A stretch of DNA of 64,000 nt from Octopus sinensis (GCF_006345805.1 NC_043014.1:30256001-30320000), one strand, 5' to 3'; shown: positions 26,198 to 41,586, numbered from the stretch's first letter. Numbers and translations are program-made. Notes: generated from the letters alone by a model not told the origin.

Positions 26198-27088
26198 CTG
26201 GAAATAAATAGTACTATGGCACAATATTTTGTCCTTTTAGTTTTTTTCTTAAAGAATTATGATGTATATTAAGGAAGATTTAGCTACACTTCTTGTAGGT
26301 TGAGAGACCACATAAAGGCTTCGTGGGGACAAACAGTTACGGCCTCCAGCTTGAGGCTACCAATTGCCTAAAATTACCTAATTTTAAATGCATGTAACTT
26401 TTTTATAAATTTGTAGAAAAAAAAATGAATAATTTTCATCAGCAGCAAGCAAAACTACATCAGAATTAGATTTTTTGAAAATATTTGGGTGAAAATTAGA
26501 AAAAAAACTGGATCTATATATATATATGATGATGATATATATTATCCGAAAAGTATAGTATTAAATATCCATTACGGCTGATCTTACCAAGCGGTTTCGC
26601 ATAAAGAATACAATGGGAGTTTGATTATATAACTTTACGCTCATTAGAGTTAGCTGATATCGAAGGGAATAATAAATAAATAGATATATATATATGTTAC
26701 TATACACAAAATTTTATAACATTTTTCTAACATAACGACTTAAATATATTCTTTAACCTTATAAAACAAGCCTTTTGTAGTTTTTTCCCTCTTTTCTATT
26801 TTTTATACATCCAACCACGTGCTTTCACACACCAACTTTCTCACCTATATATATATATAAAGGTTGTTATGACTGCTCAGAGAAACATCATATATATACA
26901 TTAGGAAGACCATGGTCAATCTCTGACTGGCCATAACAAACGACCTTCTAAATATATTACTAATCTAATGCTTTAGAGCATGCTTCTTTTTTGGGATATA
27001 TGAAGTACTGACGATATAATAATATATATATATATATATATATATTATATAATATATGATATAATATAATATATTATATATATATGTA

Positions 27089-27127
<39 letters not shown>

Positions 27128-28999
27128 ATAAATATTAGGGAATAAATCCAAATTTACAGGGAAAAAATCAGATTTAGGATTAAATCCAATTTTATAGTAA
27201 AATATTATAAAATATTATTAGAGACAAAACCTTTAATATTTTTTCGTATACTAATCTTGCTCTCAGACTTTCTTCTCTTGCTTTTCAATTCTTTACAAAC
27301 ATACGCACCCACTCACATACACAGAATTCAATACCTACCTCTTAGGATTTTCTTCTATTTCCACTTCGGTAAAGTTTAAACGTTGCCTATTTTCCATCCA
27401 GTAGTCACTCTCCTCAGTTCCATATACTAATATTATTATATATGTCTATACCTATATACACTTTAGATATTTGGTAGTAAGTTTGGGGTTTTTGACAATG
27501 ATCCGAAAGGAATCAACAATATTTATAAAGAAGCCAAAGCGCCATGCATTAACAATATACAACTTTCAAACAATTTCTATTTAATGCAAACTGTTCAACA
27601 ATCAGAGAAGCTGCTTGAATGTACATACAAATATAACCACAAACACACACTTAAATCATTCATCAAATCGTTCTAAAAAACAAACAAACAATAAAAACGA
27701 AACTATAAACAACAAACAAAAACGACCATGCCTTATCATACTTTCTCATTTCAATATATTCATGGGATTTCTACATAAACACTTATTGGACATACATTAA
27801 CAAAGCATGATATCTCATTACTAAAAATCAAGAATTTATCACTTGAGATCGCAGAGCTGAATGAAGTATTTTTAAGTAAAACTTGTAACCATGATGGCAC
27901 ATCATCCTATTCCAATGCAACTCTGTCAGGAGTTGGTCCTTTTGTTAATTATGATCCTTGCTACCTTAATTAAAGGAGATTGGAAGTCCACCTGAAGATT
28001 GTCGATCAAGACAAGAAACGATTGTAGTGGCGGTTTTTTCGACTATTTATTAAAATTTATGTATTGATTAAGTCTTTCCTTGTTTGTTTTGCAAAATAGT
28101 GGTTTTGTCTCTAATAATATTTTATATATATATATATATACATGCAAACACACACACACGTGTGTGTGTGTGTCACTGTTGAAGTTACTCATGCAACTTG
28201 TTTGTGTATATATTGGCTTTGTGGTATAGGATGTTTGGACACTGTGAATAAGGTGCAAGTTTCGAGTACTTGTCGGTAACTTTTTGTTTCTCCTCGTCTT
28301 CTAATAGTAATTACCCAATTTTTTAGGCTCTTCTCACAGCTATCGCGTTTTCAAGTATTTTAAACTTTTCATCGAATTTCCAAATAAAGAATTAAAACTT
28401 AAAAGAGAAAGTGAGAAACTTTGCAAATGAAAATGGATACTCTGCAGTGAATGCAATGAATATTTAAATCTGCGAAGAATTGGGTGCAGTGAATGCAATG
28501 AATATTTAAATTTGTGAGAATTGGAGTTTAAAAAATTCAATAAACTTGAGAAATCGAAATTATAGGAAATTTCTTAGAACATGAATTTATAAAAATATTT
28601 CCAGATGGTCAACCCTTTAATAATTACTTTCTTTTAGTATTTTTAGTAATTGTTAAGTACCTAATTAATTAGCAGCTTCCCTGATTATAGTATAGATATC
28701 CTGCTCAATAACACAAATTTGCTTGTCAGTTGCTTGACCTTAACCACTTTGAGCATGTCCTTTGGTGGCTGACAATATGTGCCTCTCTGACCACGAGCAT
28801 GAGTAATGGGGGAGCATCATTGTGATGTGTCGAGAGGGATTCTTTAGGGTTTGAATAAATGTAACAAAAGCAAAGTTTGAAGGAATATTAACCATTTTCA
28901 TACTTTCTAGAAGTAAACAAATAGGAAATAACAATTGTTACCTATAGACAAAAATTGTGTTACACAATGTAATAACAGGTATCAAGCTGAAAGTGTACC

Positions 29000-29321
29000 T
29001 TAGGTACTAGATTTGCAAACTCATTAAAGATCCATAGATGTCTTCTTTCTTTTGTATTTTTCTAACCACATTTGTTTTCAGGGGACAGCTGATTTCCATA
29101 ACAGAACATATATTTTCCTTGTGATCCCACACAACAATATCTGGCCAATTGTGTTTTAACTTGGCAGCTGTTCTGATTTTTAAGTTCCACCAATATTCTT
29201 TTGACCTTTTGGTCTCAATATCGTTGATTTCATCTGTAGGTGTTTTCTTTTCTCTTATGTTGTTCCAAACTGTTCTGGCCACCGCATCATACCTCATGGG
29301 AAGATAATATCTGGAAGACAT
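29000..29321 (-). mobile_element. REL-endonuclease (R4/Dong-like) LINE fragment
   Basis: RYDAVAR..HNWPDIVVWD...EISCP..N...K..Y motif pattern of a restriction-like endonuclease. Confidence 0.75.
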
Positions 29322-29815
29322 TCTCTTCCCATGAGGTGGAAACTGCTCCTATTCTTGGATGACTACATTCTGCCATTGATGACACCATCTATAAAGTGGA
29401 AGCCACCATTTTGGAGGATTGCAGCATAACTATTCAGCAACTAGCCCAAGAAGTTATGCAGCAATCCTCCAAAATGATGGTTTCCACTTTATAGATGGTG
29501 TTGTCATCAATGGCAAAATGTGGTCATCCAAGAATAGGAGCAGTTTCCACCGATGTCTGACCTTATTTGAATTGGCAATACCAATGCTTGACAACATCGT
29601 ATGATGGTGCATTGTCACCCTAAACTTCTTTAATCTCATCAAAAGTCTCTTTTGGTGTATGACCTTTCAAGTATAAGAACCTGATCACTGATCTGCATTC
29701 AACCACCTCCATTATAACACCGTAGTCCACTTCAGCAGTTGTAAAAGACAAATGAATACTAGTGGAATGCTGAAATTTACAATGTGACATGTAGAGACAT
29801 ACATGATTATACTTG
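29322..29815. mobile_element. Mariner 5' fragment (minus) ending in a foldback
   Basis: MEVVECRSVIRFLYLKGHTPKE on minus. 29335-29431 is an inverted copy of 29452-29551. Confidence 0.75.
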
Positions 29816-31527
29816 TACAAGTTCTGTTTCCTGCAATAACTGGAAGTGGGTCAGAGAAAATTTTTAATGAAAACCCCTCGTATGTGTGTGTGTGTGTGTG
29901 CAAGCATCTTAATACAAGTGAGTGAACAGTGAAAGAATCATTCCTCACATTTTGTTGGTGTTATGGGAAAACTGTAACACACCTTTTATCTTTCTGTCAC
30001 ATTTTTTTCTTTATCTCCTTTTTCTTCCTTCATGTTTTGCCAAATTATTTCCAGGTAACCTTTCTTTGCAATGGAACAGTGGCTGGTTTATTTAACAAAC
30101 AATTTTTTCCCTTTATAGCTGGGTGAAAATAATTGTTATGTTTCAAATGTTTTTTTGAGACAAAGTATAGAAATCATTCAATATTTTACGACACAAAAAT
30201 ACGAGAAAATTTTTATTTATTTATTTATTTACTGAGATATATTTTAATCCACTATTATGAGGTAAAACAGTGGAATTTTTATTGATTTTTTTTAAGATAA
30301 AATATGAGAATAATTTTACAAGTTAAAAAAAAAGATTGACCAATCAATTTTTGCAACAGCTGGAAGCAATATAAGAGAATTTACCAATTTTTATCACAGC
30401 TAATTAATAAAATAAAGTTAAAGAAAACTGTCCACTCATTTTTTAAAAATGAAATAACAATTCTCTTTTTTAAATAGATTCATGAGAAATAAATGGAATA
30501 GTTGACCTGGTTTTCTGTTATTCACCTAATCTCTGCTGAAAATTGAATCTTTTCTCTTATTTAACCTCTGGTAGTTGCAAAAATTTCAACATTTTTCATA
30601 TTTAACCTCTGGTAGTTGCCAAAATTTAAACAATTTCACTTATATGATTTATAACTGTGAGAAAAAATATTGGGTGATTTCTTTTATTTCATTTCATTTT
30701 CTGTTATTTAACCATTATTACTATTATTATGATTAAAGATGTCAAACTGGTAGAATTGTTAGCATGCTGGACAAAATACTTAATGCTATTTCACTTGTCA
30801 CTATGTTGTGAGTTCAAATTCCACCAAAGTCAACTTTGCCTTTTACCCATTCGGGGTCGATACCAGTGAAACACTGGGGTCAATATAATCGACTATCTCA
30901 CTCCTCCAAAATTTCAGGACTTGTGCCTTTAGTAGAAAGGATTACCATTATTAACCCTTTTGATACCAACCTGACCAAAACCACCTCTGGCTCTGTAGTA
31001 CAAATGTCTAGCTCTCATAAGTATTGAATTAAAATCTTCCACAAAACCTTAGTCACAATTTATGCTCCCAACACTAACTTAATGATAACTAAGTTCTTTT
31101 ACTAAATTCTTTGTTATATTTAAAATTAATTGAATGAAACACAGAGCATCTCAAAATAATACAGTAACAAAAGGGTTAAAGCAATGAGCTGGCAGAATCA
31201 TTAGCATGCTGAGCAAAATGCTAAGCAGCATTTTGTCTGTCTTCACATCCTGAGTTCAAATTCCACCAATGTTGACTTTACTTTTCATCCATTCCGGGTT
31301 GATAAAATAACTACCAGTTGAGCACTGGAGTCATCCCTGAAAATAAACCTACCCTTACCCCAAAATTTCAGGAATTGTGCCTTTAGAATGATGATTCATC
31401 CCAACCACACACAAACAAAAGTTAAATAAACAGCTATCGTTATACTTGGGTATGGTCATCTTTTGCCAATTAAACACTTGCATTAATTACTTGATCTTCA
31501 GTTTATTATTATTATTATTATTATTAA

Positions 31528-31900
31528 GTGGGAGAGCAGTGCATGCCATCAAAGTGACACTGGGGTAAAATATACGAAGCCCAATATACCCATCTGATAA
31601 GGGTACACTAGGCACATGCATCACAACCATATGTGCATGACATGGTGATCTCATATCAAGATAAACAGCACATGACCTTGCAGGTGGTGCCCAGTTAGAA
31701 GTTCCTTCTGGTCAAGTAACCCATCCCACTCAAAAGGTCCCTGAATAAGGATTGTTTAAGGATGTTGAACAAAACACCTATGTTTCCAGAGGTGAATTAT
31801 TCAAACCCCAAAGAATCCCTCTCAACACATGGCTATGATGCTCCCCCACTACTAAGATCAGAAGCCTCGAGAGCCACTGCCTGGTACTGCATGAGGGCAT
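31528..31900 (-). mobile_element. Internally deleted copy of the (AAT)n-associated element
   Basis: Homology to 16413-16926, with (ATT)n on both flanks. Confidence 0.8.
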
Positions 31901-33338
31901 TTATTATTATTATTATTATTATTATCTAAGGTGGTGAACTGGCAGGATTGTTAGCATGCTGGATGAAATACTTAGCAGTATTTCGCCCATCACTATGTTC
32001 TGAGTTCAAATTTTGTTGAGGCTGGTTTTGCCTTTCATCCTTTCTGGGTCGATAAATTAAGTACCAGTGGAACACTGGGATCAATGTAACTGATTTATCA
32101 CCTCCCCCAAAATAGCTGCACTTGTGCCAAAATTTGAAACCATTATTATTATAAGTTTATTTGTCAGAGTTCTTTTGTCACACCAACAATCACTTCCTAC
32201 CATGTCTCATCTTGTGTCCTGCCTATGCCAGTTTGTCTTTCTGTGGTACGTATCTCTATCTGCACCTATGTTTACATCTGTGTGTGTGTGTGTGTATGTG
32301 TGTGTGTAATGTGTATGTATGTGTGTCTTGTATGTTTGTATATGGGTTTGTATATTACACAGTTTGAACCTGTGTCGTTTTCCCCTCATCTTGTTTTTAG
32401 TCATCAGGGTGCATAGTGTAGTGAGGTGAGTGGGCACTATTCTCCATTTATGTTTTCTGTTAAGGATTGATGTCAACAATGCAAAAGAAAAAAGAAAAGA
32501 AAATTAAGGAAAACCATTTTATTACTTGAAAAAAATTGTTTTTTGATTTACTAATCACATAAAATCCACAGTTTATAACAGGATTTTAATAGTAAATGGA
32601 CGGAAAACTGAATAGAATTTGATATTGCTATTTCCATTGATAAAATATCCTGATTTAACTATCAAAAATAGTTTTTGAAAGAATGTGTGTATGAGAGAGA
32701 GGGAGAGAGAGAGAGGAAAAATCTCCAATTATGGATAGAATAGAAATAAAAGATCCAGACAAGGATCTTTTAGCGATTGCAATTTTTTCTTTTTTTTACT
32801 TTATTCATACATGTGGTCAATAAATGAAAACATAAAGATATGAGGACAGGAAGTTATGGGCAAGGAAAATAAAAATGATGGGAAAATCATGAAAAAGATG
32901 AACAACATCAAATCAAACCAGATTTTGGTTCAATTTAAGCAGATAATTTCTAATTAGAAATTATTAATTAGAGAAAAAAAACTTATTTACTTTAGACTTA
33001 TTTTGCATTTGTAATATATAGAAAGGAGTGTAACACACCTGTATGTACACACACACACACACACACACATACATACAAACAAACAATAATTGCTCCTAAC
33101 ATAGGTAGAAAGCTAGAAATTTGGTGGATGGGGTTAAATGATTAAACTGATCTTAGTAATTTCACTGGTACTTTATTTTATGAAATTGTCCAGTAAAACA
33201 AAATACTATAAAATATTTCTTGTGTGTTTTACAGATATTTTAGATTATTGACAGTGTAACAATGTAGTTAAAAATGATAAGATCAATATTAGCTGAATTC
33301 TCCCCTAAGTATTTCAAATATTTATTTTATCTTCTTAC

Positions 33339-33361
33339 CATTATTGTTAGAATCCATAAAG
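33339..33361 (-). CDS. Candidate 23-nt microexon (FMDSNNN or LWILTIM)
   Basis: Strong acceptor (atcttttctttgtag) and strong donor (ATG|gtaaga) 23 nt apart. Confidence 0.45.
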
Positions 33362-34066
33362 CTACAAAGAAAAGATCGACAATGTGCTGTATGGTAGTGA
33401 CTGTATGGTAAGAAGCTTGTTTCCCAACCACATGGTCCTGAGTTCAGTCCCACTGTGTTGTACCTTGGGCAAGTGACTTTTATTATAGCCTCAGGCCGAT
33501 CAAAACCTTGCGAGTGAATTTGGTAAACAGAAACTGAAAGAAGCCCATCATAAATATATATATATATATATCTCTATATGTGTTTGTGTGTGTTTGCATC
33601 TGTGTTTGTCACACAGTGTTGGTGTGTTTACATCCCCATAGCTTAGCAGTTTGGCAAAAGAGACCAATAGAATAAGTACCAAGGTTAAAAAAAATAAATA
33701 AGTACTGGCAGTTGATACATTCAACTAAAAAACAGTTCAGGGCATTGCTCCAGCATGCCTGTAGTCTAATGACTGAAACATGTAAAAGATAAAAGTGCAG
33801 CAATCTTTTTCTTAATCAAAAAAATTATATATATCTAAGCCTCTAAAATTTAAAGTATTTTCAAGTGATTGAATGGAAAGCTCCTGAGAGTCCTTTGCAA
33901 AGGATTAGAAAAAAAAAGGGACTGTTATAGGGGAGCAGAAAATAAAAATGTAGAAACTAAAAGTGTCATGTATCTAAAATGGAAGTATAACACACATATT
34001 TGTTTTGGTGAAAAAACATACTTTCCAAAGTGAAACTGGACCAGCACCAAGTTTATATAAAACTAC

Positions 34067-34191
34067 CTTTGCAATATATACATTAGCTGCATTATGAGAT
34101 GCAAATGGATAACAAGTTTAAATTTAGGTCTTATGTCAAGTTGTTCCGTTTTATAAATGCTACCATTATAGATTGTGAAACATTTCTGGCT
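34067..34191 (-). CDS. Candidate exon (SQKCFTIYNGSIYKTEQLDIRPKF...; phase 0 to 2)
   Basis: ag/gt boundaries (AAG|gtagtt) and 41 open codons in unique AT-rich DNA. The phase fits the 33339 microexon. Could be chance. Confidence 0.3.
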
Positions 34192-37180
34192 CTAAGCATA
34201 TCAGATAAAGAATTATCAACTTGTATTGTTTATTTTGAAGCTTGTTTAAAAATATAACACTTGCTTATTGAAAGATTTCTCTCTTTAGGCACATTTCCTG
34301 CATTGCACAATAACAAAGAAACAAGCACACCTGATGCTTTATATAAATTATTTTTATTGTTATTATTATTATCATTAAGAGGGTGGCGAACTGGTAGAAT
34401 CGTTAGCACGCTGGATGAAATGCTTAGCGGTATTTCACCCGTTGCTACATTCTGATTTCAAATTCCGGCGAGGTCGACTTTGCCTTTCATCCTTTCAGGG
34501 TTGATAAATTAAGTACCAGTGAAACACTGGGGGTCAATGTAATCGACTATCACCCTCCACAAAATTTCAGGTCTTGTGCCAATAGTAGAAAAGATTGTTA
34601 TTATCATTAAGTATGAGACAGCAAACAGGCAAAATCATTAGCAGATTGGACAAAATGTTCTTCCAGATCTTTACATGCTGAGCCCAAATCCATTAATGTC
34701 AACTTTGCCCTTCTAGGGACAATGTAATCGGCTAAACACCTTCCCACTAAAATTGCTGACTTTATACCAAAATTTCAAATCATTACTATAATCTTTTATC
34801 ATATTAGTACTAAAGATAATGAATAATAGTAATTTGGTTCAATAAAGTAATATAAGTCAGTAGTGGGCATAATAAACTGATTAATAGTTATAAGCTGGCC
34901 ATTGATTGAGCTGAATTTTGGTAATGTGGTTCACGTACACTTACTTCATTTCTTTAATGTTTGTTTTTCCATGCTAGCATGGATTGGATGAGGGCTTATT
35001 AGAGGCAGCATTTGACAACGGAATACCCTTCCTGTTGTCAATCCTTAACCGTTTTCCAAGTGAGATAGGTTTTACTACACTGGTCTTCAAATGTGATCAG
35101 TCATGATATCAACAAGGAATATAAACATTTATGCACACACACACAAAATCTTGTATACAATACATAAAAATGACAAGAAAATTCTGACCAAATATATTTT
35201 TCTGTTGTATTTTTTCCACAGTCTTCTTAAGAAAGAATAAATATGAAGAATCTTTATATTTTGTCAATATTTGACATTGGGATCAATTATAATTAAAGCT
35301 ATGTTTTTACATGAAAGACATCGTTGCTGACTTAGATGCAGTTGAACTCCAAATCACATCCATTAACATTTCAACCATTTTTTTTTCTATTTTACAGTAA
35401 AAATAGTTTATTTAAAAGAGTGGTTCTCAACCTTTTATAGCTCAGTTCCTCTTTCAAAGAAGAGCAGTCTCCTTTCAAAGAATAGCACCCTCTCTTTTTC
35501 ATGTTTAAGAGAAACAAAAAACCAAAAAGCAGCAGATTATTTTAACCAAATAGAAGCTAATTTTGTGCAGCAGTTTATTAGTCCACTTAGCATGTTTCTC
35601 TTTTTAGATATTTGCATGGAGTAATGCCATTAATCTTTTAGTATTTAAACCGGCCTTACCCAGCCCAAATATTCTACCTGTTTTATGTTCAAACATCTGG
35701 CCTCTCACACTTTCCCTACAACGGTATTCTAAAAGTATACAATCACATCATCAAAATTTCAAAGCTACGAGATAGTGCATGATTAATTTTTAAGAAAGTG
35801 AATAAACAAGCATTGCATTTGACAGAATAATCTAAACACTAAAAGGCTGAAGACAGTGAGGACATATACAATGAAAGTATATTGGAACTCATTACACCAT
35901 CAGTCCTGTTTCTGTTTTATTCTAATTCTGACAAAGATTTTATTGTGCTGGGTTTAGATGATCTATTTCTAAGAAAAAGCATGCCACCTCTAAACACCCA
36001 CTGTCCCTTCATAGCATGCCCTTGGCATTTGCTACCCCATGTGTGCACACAAAATTCCCCTACTAATAGGATCTTATCATTTAGGTTAAGAACCACTGAA
36101 CTAGAACTGCAGTAACCAATCTGTCCTTCCTTATTTAAGATGATACAGTGTAATTTGGGAGAGATTTTTCACTGCTTTTTCTAGCAGGTAGAATGAATGC
36201 TTATGGACTCCCAGTCTGGTTTGTGAAAGACATTATAGAAGCATGTAAAAATTTAATAAAGTATACACATAAACATCCCCATACTCTCTCATTCACTTAC
36301 ACACTCATAGAAAAGACAGTGTTGTATAATTTGAAACATACACATGCAAGCATGTATCTGACTCATACACTGTTCACTTTCCAGACATTTGTACATTACT
36401 GCATATGCTTTATATGCACTTTTGACAAGTTGTGGTGCACCTGAGCTCTGTATACAATAATTTCATTATTATTATTTATTATAATTTGCGACATAAATAT
36501 GATTTTTGATATGCTCAGTCACCAGTTTAAAAAAAAAGGGAAAAATATGACAACAAAATAAACAACAAGCTTAAATCAAAATATAACTTTGACAAATCAG
36601 AATAAATAAATTGAAAATATAAAACAAAAGTTATATATTTTTAGTAGAGAAAAAAAAGAAAGATTCAGCTTTGAGAGTAAAATTGAAATAATCATGGACG
36701 GAATTTGTAAAGTTGAAGTTTTTTTTGTAAAATGAATCTACTACAATTTTTTTAGTTATCATGTAAACAATTATTCATCATTTATGGCTGGGCTTTGAAA
36801 AAGAGTTACAAAAACCCTAGCCAGAATGGAGATTGATTGTGTTTTGGATGGTTTAATATGAAGTTTGAAGAGAGAGGGTTTGTGAAATGTATAAAATATG
36901 CATATAGAGACAGCACGTATATCTCTGAGTAATTTCCATGAGTGATCTGTTAATACACTTACACACACACACATATATATATATTGTTTCATTTTTTTTT
37001 ACATGTTTCAGTCATTTGACTGCAGCCATGCTGGAACACCACCTTTAGTCGAAGAAATCGACCCCAGGACTTATTCTATCAGTGTCTTTCGCCAAACCAC
37101 TAAGTTCTGGGGAAATAAATAAATCAAAATCAGTTCTCAAGCAATGGTGGGAAAACAAACACAGACACAAAGACACACAC

Positions 37181-37227
<47 letters not shown>

Positions 37228-37528
37228 CATACATACACACACACACATGTAAACACAGAGGTGCAAAACAAGTATGTAGGCATAGCCCCAGGTTCAGTCA
37301 TGTTGTGTCACACCTTGACCAAATGTCTTCTACTCTAGCCTTGTGGGTGGATTTGATAGATGGAAACTGAAACAAGCCCATTGTTATTGTGTGTGTGTGT
37401 GTCCCACATCAATACTTGACAGCAGGTTGGTCTGTTTAAAAAAGGTGCTGGGGTCGATTCATTTGACTAAAAATTCTTCAAGGTGGTATCTGAGCATGCC
37501 CATAGTCTCATGACTGAAACAAGTAAAA

Positions 37529-37567
<39 letters not shown>

Positions 37568-38689
37568 TGCATACAATGAACAGATTATTTATATGGGCAG
37601 TAATATGAAAATGAAAAAAAGGACAAAACAAACCCACAATCATAACTGTATGCATGTATATTATCTGATTTATGAATGTATGGATATATATGCTTTACAA
37701 AAATGTATTCTGTTTCAGAGAAAAAAATCAAAAACAGTTCACACGAAAAAAAAAAAAAAGGACGGATTTCTCAAAGTAGATTTGAATGGTGTCTGAGCAC
37801 CATTTCTCATACAAATTAATCCCTTCTGGAGTCTACAAACTACCGAGTTAGTCATTGTTGCCCAGTCAGTTTAATGATGTATAATTATTGTATGTATAAC
37901 CAAGCAAACTAAAAGATTAGTGTGTATAGTCTCACTGTTCTACTATATGAATCTGAGCAGTGAACAACACTCTATGGTTAGTAATGGATCAGTCAAGAAA
38001 GAAAGGCAATGATTTCATGATACATGTCGACCAGGGAATTGATATGTAGTTTATTGGATCACAGTGGTGAGATTAACTCCTCTTAAGAAAGAACATTAAT
38101 CTGACAAAGTACTGCCAGAACTTTGCTGTATCAGAAACAGTAAGACCTTTTGCTGCCTAACAACCAAACTGAATATTCAGTTAGGGAACTAAAATAAAAG
38201 TAGGTGATGGTCCCAGAAGGAAATGTCACATTTTTTCAATCTCCAAAATACAGAGAGAAGTATTAGTATAATGTTGGTCAGTGGTAACTGATATCAGACT
38301 GAATTGGTGGCTTGATGTAAGAATAGCTCTGTATCTGTAGACTCAATAAATACTGTTTAACATTGATTTCATTGTTGTGTGTATATATTACGTGTATGTT
38401 TAGAAGTGTTTCAATGTATGTATATGTAAAAATGCAGACAGAATATATATTATCTGAGTAATGCATGGTTATATAATAGATACAAAATATACATGTCAAA
38501 TACATACATAAACAAAGATGTTTGTGTATGTTTGTGTATACATATAAGTATAGTGTCACAAACACACATGAGATAGGAATTTAGTATATATGAATTTAAT
38601 TTTATAGGCAGGCATCCATTAGTGCTTGGTTCTTAGTGTTCTCCTATTTATTATAGTTATCCAAGCCATAAAAGAGTAACTTTAGTCCA

Positions 38690-39660
38690 GCTGTTGGAGG
38701 CAACTCTGGTATGATGATGACTCAGTTCTTAATAAATGAATCTGTCAAAAGAGCAGAGAAGGAATTTGAAACATGAAAGTAGAACTGAAGTCAGTAGGAA
38801 TTCCAAAAGTGTACCCAATGTAAGTTGTGGGTGCACAAAAAGAGGCGCAGTGGGATCACTGGTGACAGAGAAGACTAGTGCATGCAGCAGATATACAAGA
38901 GAGTTAGCAGTAGGAGCAGTCAAGGAAAAAAAAAAATCTTTCAAATGCTTGGAGGATTCCTTAGAAATAATCAATTGCTTCCATTACATAGGTGAACTAA
39001 TTAGCAGCGGAGGTAAAGGTTTTAAGCCAGATTAAAAAATGAAGGGGGGAAAAACTCAAACATAGCAACATGTGTGTGTGTGTGTGTGTGTGAGCATGTG
39101 CATGTGTACACACACACACACAGATATAGATATACCAATGTGCAAACACACACATATTTGCTTGCATATATTTCAGTGTGTATGTATGTAACTAGACACA
39201 TAAATACATGCGTAGTTACCTCTGTTGGCAATAAAGGGACTCTCTCTCTCACCCTCCCTCTAAGTGGAGAACGGATTGTATGAAGCATTTGTATGAAATG
39301 TGGAGTTGCATAACAGCAAAACGTAGCTATTAGATGCAGGGGATGAGTGAAGGCTGGAGAAAAATTAGATAAGATGGCTCCACTAAATGTGTATTGTCTA
39401 GTGTATGCAAATATGTTGTGAGAGACAGAAATGAGTGTAAGAGGAACAAGGTGCTGTGTGCAAGAGATACAGACATGTGATGTGTATGAAAGATGTCAGT
39501 TGTGTAAGAAGTGTCAAGTGCTCCAAGAGGCAAGGAACCTGCAGAAAAGGAAGACATGGGAAGACGTGGAGAAAGTTGATCTCAGGTATCTGAACCTCAT
39601 AAAGGAAATAAATGACACGTTTTGCACTGAAGAAAACCTAGCCAACCCATAAAATGATAC
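38690..39660 (+). mobile_element. Decayed RTE LINE C-terminal region, interrupted by a microsatellite
   Basis: DSLEIINCFHYIGELISSGG and VRGTRCCVQE...KTWEDV segments. Confidence 0.65.
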
Positions 39661-39761
39661 TGATAATGATTTGTACATATACAAACATGGCAATATATGT
39701 TTGTGTGTGTGTGTGTATACTGATAGACAGATAGATAAATAGATAGATATGATGGTATATA

Positions 39762-40274
39762 CCGTAAATCCTCAAGTATAGTCTGCCCTTGTGTATAATA
39801 CGCAGGGGATTTTTTAGAGGGCTGTAACTCTGAAAATCCTAAACCTTGTGTATAATACGCACCCCTTCTCTAACTTGAGTCAAGGAGGTCTATATAACGT
39901 CTTTGATTTGTAAAACTGTATACTGTAACGTCCTTTATTATTATTGTATATATAACATGATGCAAACGTGTAGTTTTTTTGTGCATTTTGTTTGCAGAAA
40001 ATAGAGAAATAACAGTAATAACGTTTAATAAATGTTGCTTACAGCAAGTTATGGATGATTCTTTTATGACTTCATTGCTTTCAGGTTTAGCTTAAGGTAT
40101 GTTCGCGCCTGACATCACAAAATGCGTCTGAATAAATATTGCCAGACAGCAAGTAAGGACTCGGACATTGCTTAGAAAATAATTTTCATTTTTAACCATG
40201 TATATAGTACGCACTAGGGATTTTGACCTTTAAATTTTGGGAAAAAATTGCAGATTATACTCGAGGATTTACAG
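39762..40274. mobile_element. 513-bp pogo/Tigger-type MITE
   Basis: TIRs ccgtaaatcctcaagtatagtctgc / gcagattatactcgaggatttacag with TA on both sides. Subterminal tgtgtataatacgca repeats. Confidence 0.8.
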
Positions 40275-40700
40275 TATTTGTGCATGTGTGTGTATGTATA
40301 TACAAATATAGACATGCCAACATGCAAACAATCACACATAATTGTCTGTCTGTATCTTTGTGTATTTGTATGTAAACTAGACACACACATATGCATGTAG
40401 TTACAAATAAATAAAGAGGAGTAAACATACATATTATATTTCTCTATGCATGCTGCAGAACAGTAATATCTTCATTGACCGAAATGGATTTTTGGAACAA
40501 AAAAAATACTTAAGTGGTGGGGGAAAAAAAATTTACATCACTGTTCACAATGCATCTTATTTAGATTTATAAAATAGTACTTTATTGACTGTTACTGACT
40601 GCTGCGAAGGGTGGTCATTGAAAACAATTGCAACACACCCTGCAATGGGCGCTGTTCCAGCAGGGCCACATCAATTAGTTGTAGCCAGTAAAAGAAATAT

Positions 40701-40732
<32 letters not shown>

Positions 40733-40838
40733 ATATATATATATATACACACATATATATATGCATATATAAAGTATGTATGTACATGTGCGTGTATATA
40801 TGTGTGTGAGCATGTATATGTGTGTATATGTATGTATG

Positions 40839-40923
<85 letters not shown>

Positions 40924-41586
40924 AGAGAGAGAGACATATGTTTGTATGCGAGTCATCATTATCATTATCACATAACATCTGTTTTCTATGCTTGCATGGG
41001 TTGGAATGTTCAACAGGATCTGACAAACCAGAAGATGCATCAAGCTTGCTTTCACAAGGTCTCTACAGCTGGATGCCCTTCCTAACACCAGCCACCTTTT
41101 ACAGAGTACTTGTTACCTTTTTCTTTTTTTTTTTAACAAGGCACTGGCATTAGTGAGATCACCAAGTAACTCACAAGAAAAGACCCCTCAACTGAGTATG
41201 GCTATAGTACTGAGGAAGGTGGCTTTCATACACACACACACACACGTACAAATGAACTCTATAAATCACATCAAAGCCTGCCTATCAAGGAAAGCATTAA
41301 CTCTGAATAACAAATATTACGGGTAGAGGAGACTCTTTAACCCTCCTACAGACAAACAGCACGAGTGGTAAGATAAAATATACTCTGTTCATGGTGTGAA
41401 GTGATTGGTAAAAGGAACAGCTTTAAATTGTAGAAATCATGTCAAAAGAAATGTGACATAAAAAACAACAAAGATTAATGTCTTTTCCTATAGTAAGTAA
41501 TGAGAATGAAATGTATGCTCAACATGAAAAGCTGATGTAAATAATAATGCTACTGCTGATCATATATATATATATATGTATATATA

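Noticed and set aside
35221-35400. Strong plus-strand acceptor-like sites at 35221 and 35397
   Set aside because: No compatible donor or open exon chain on the plus strand.
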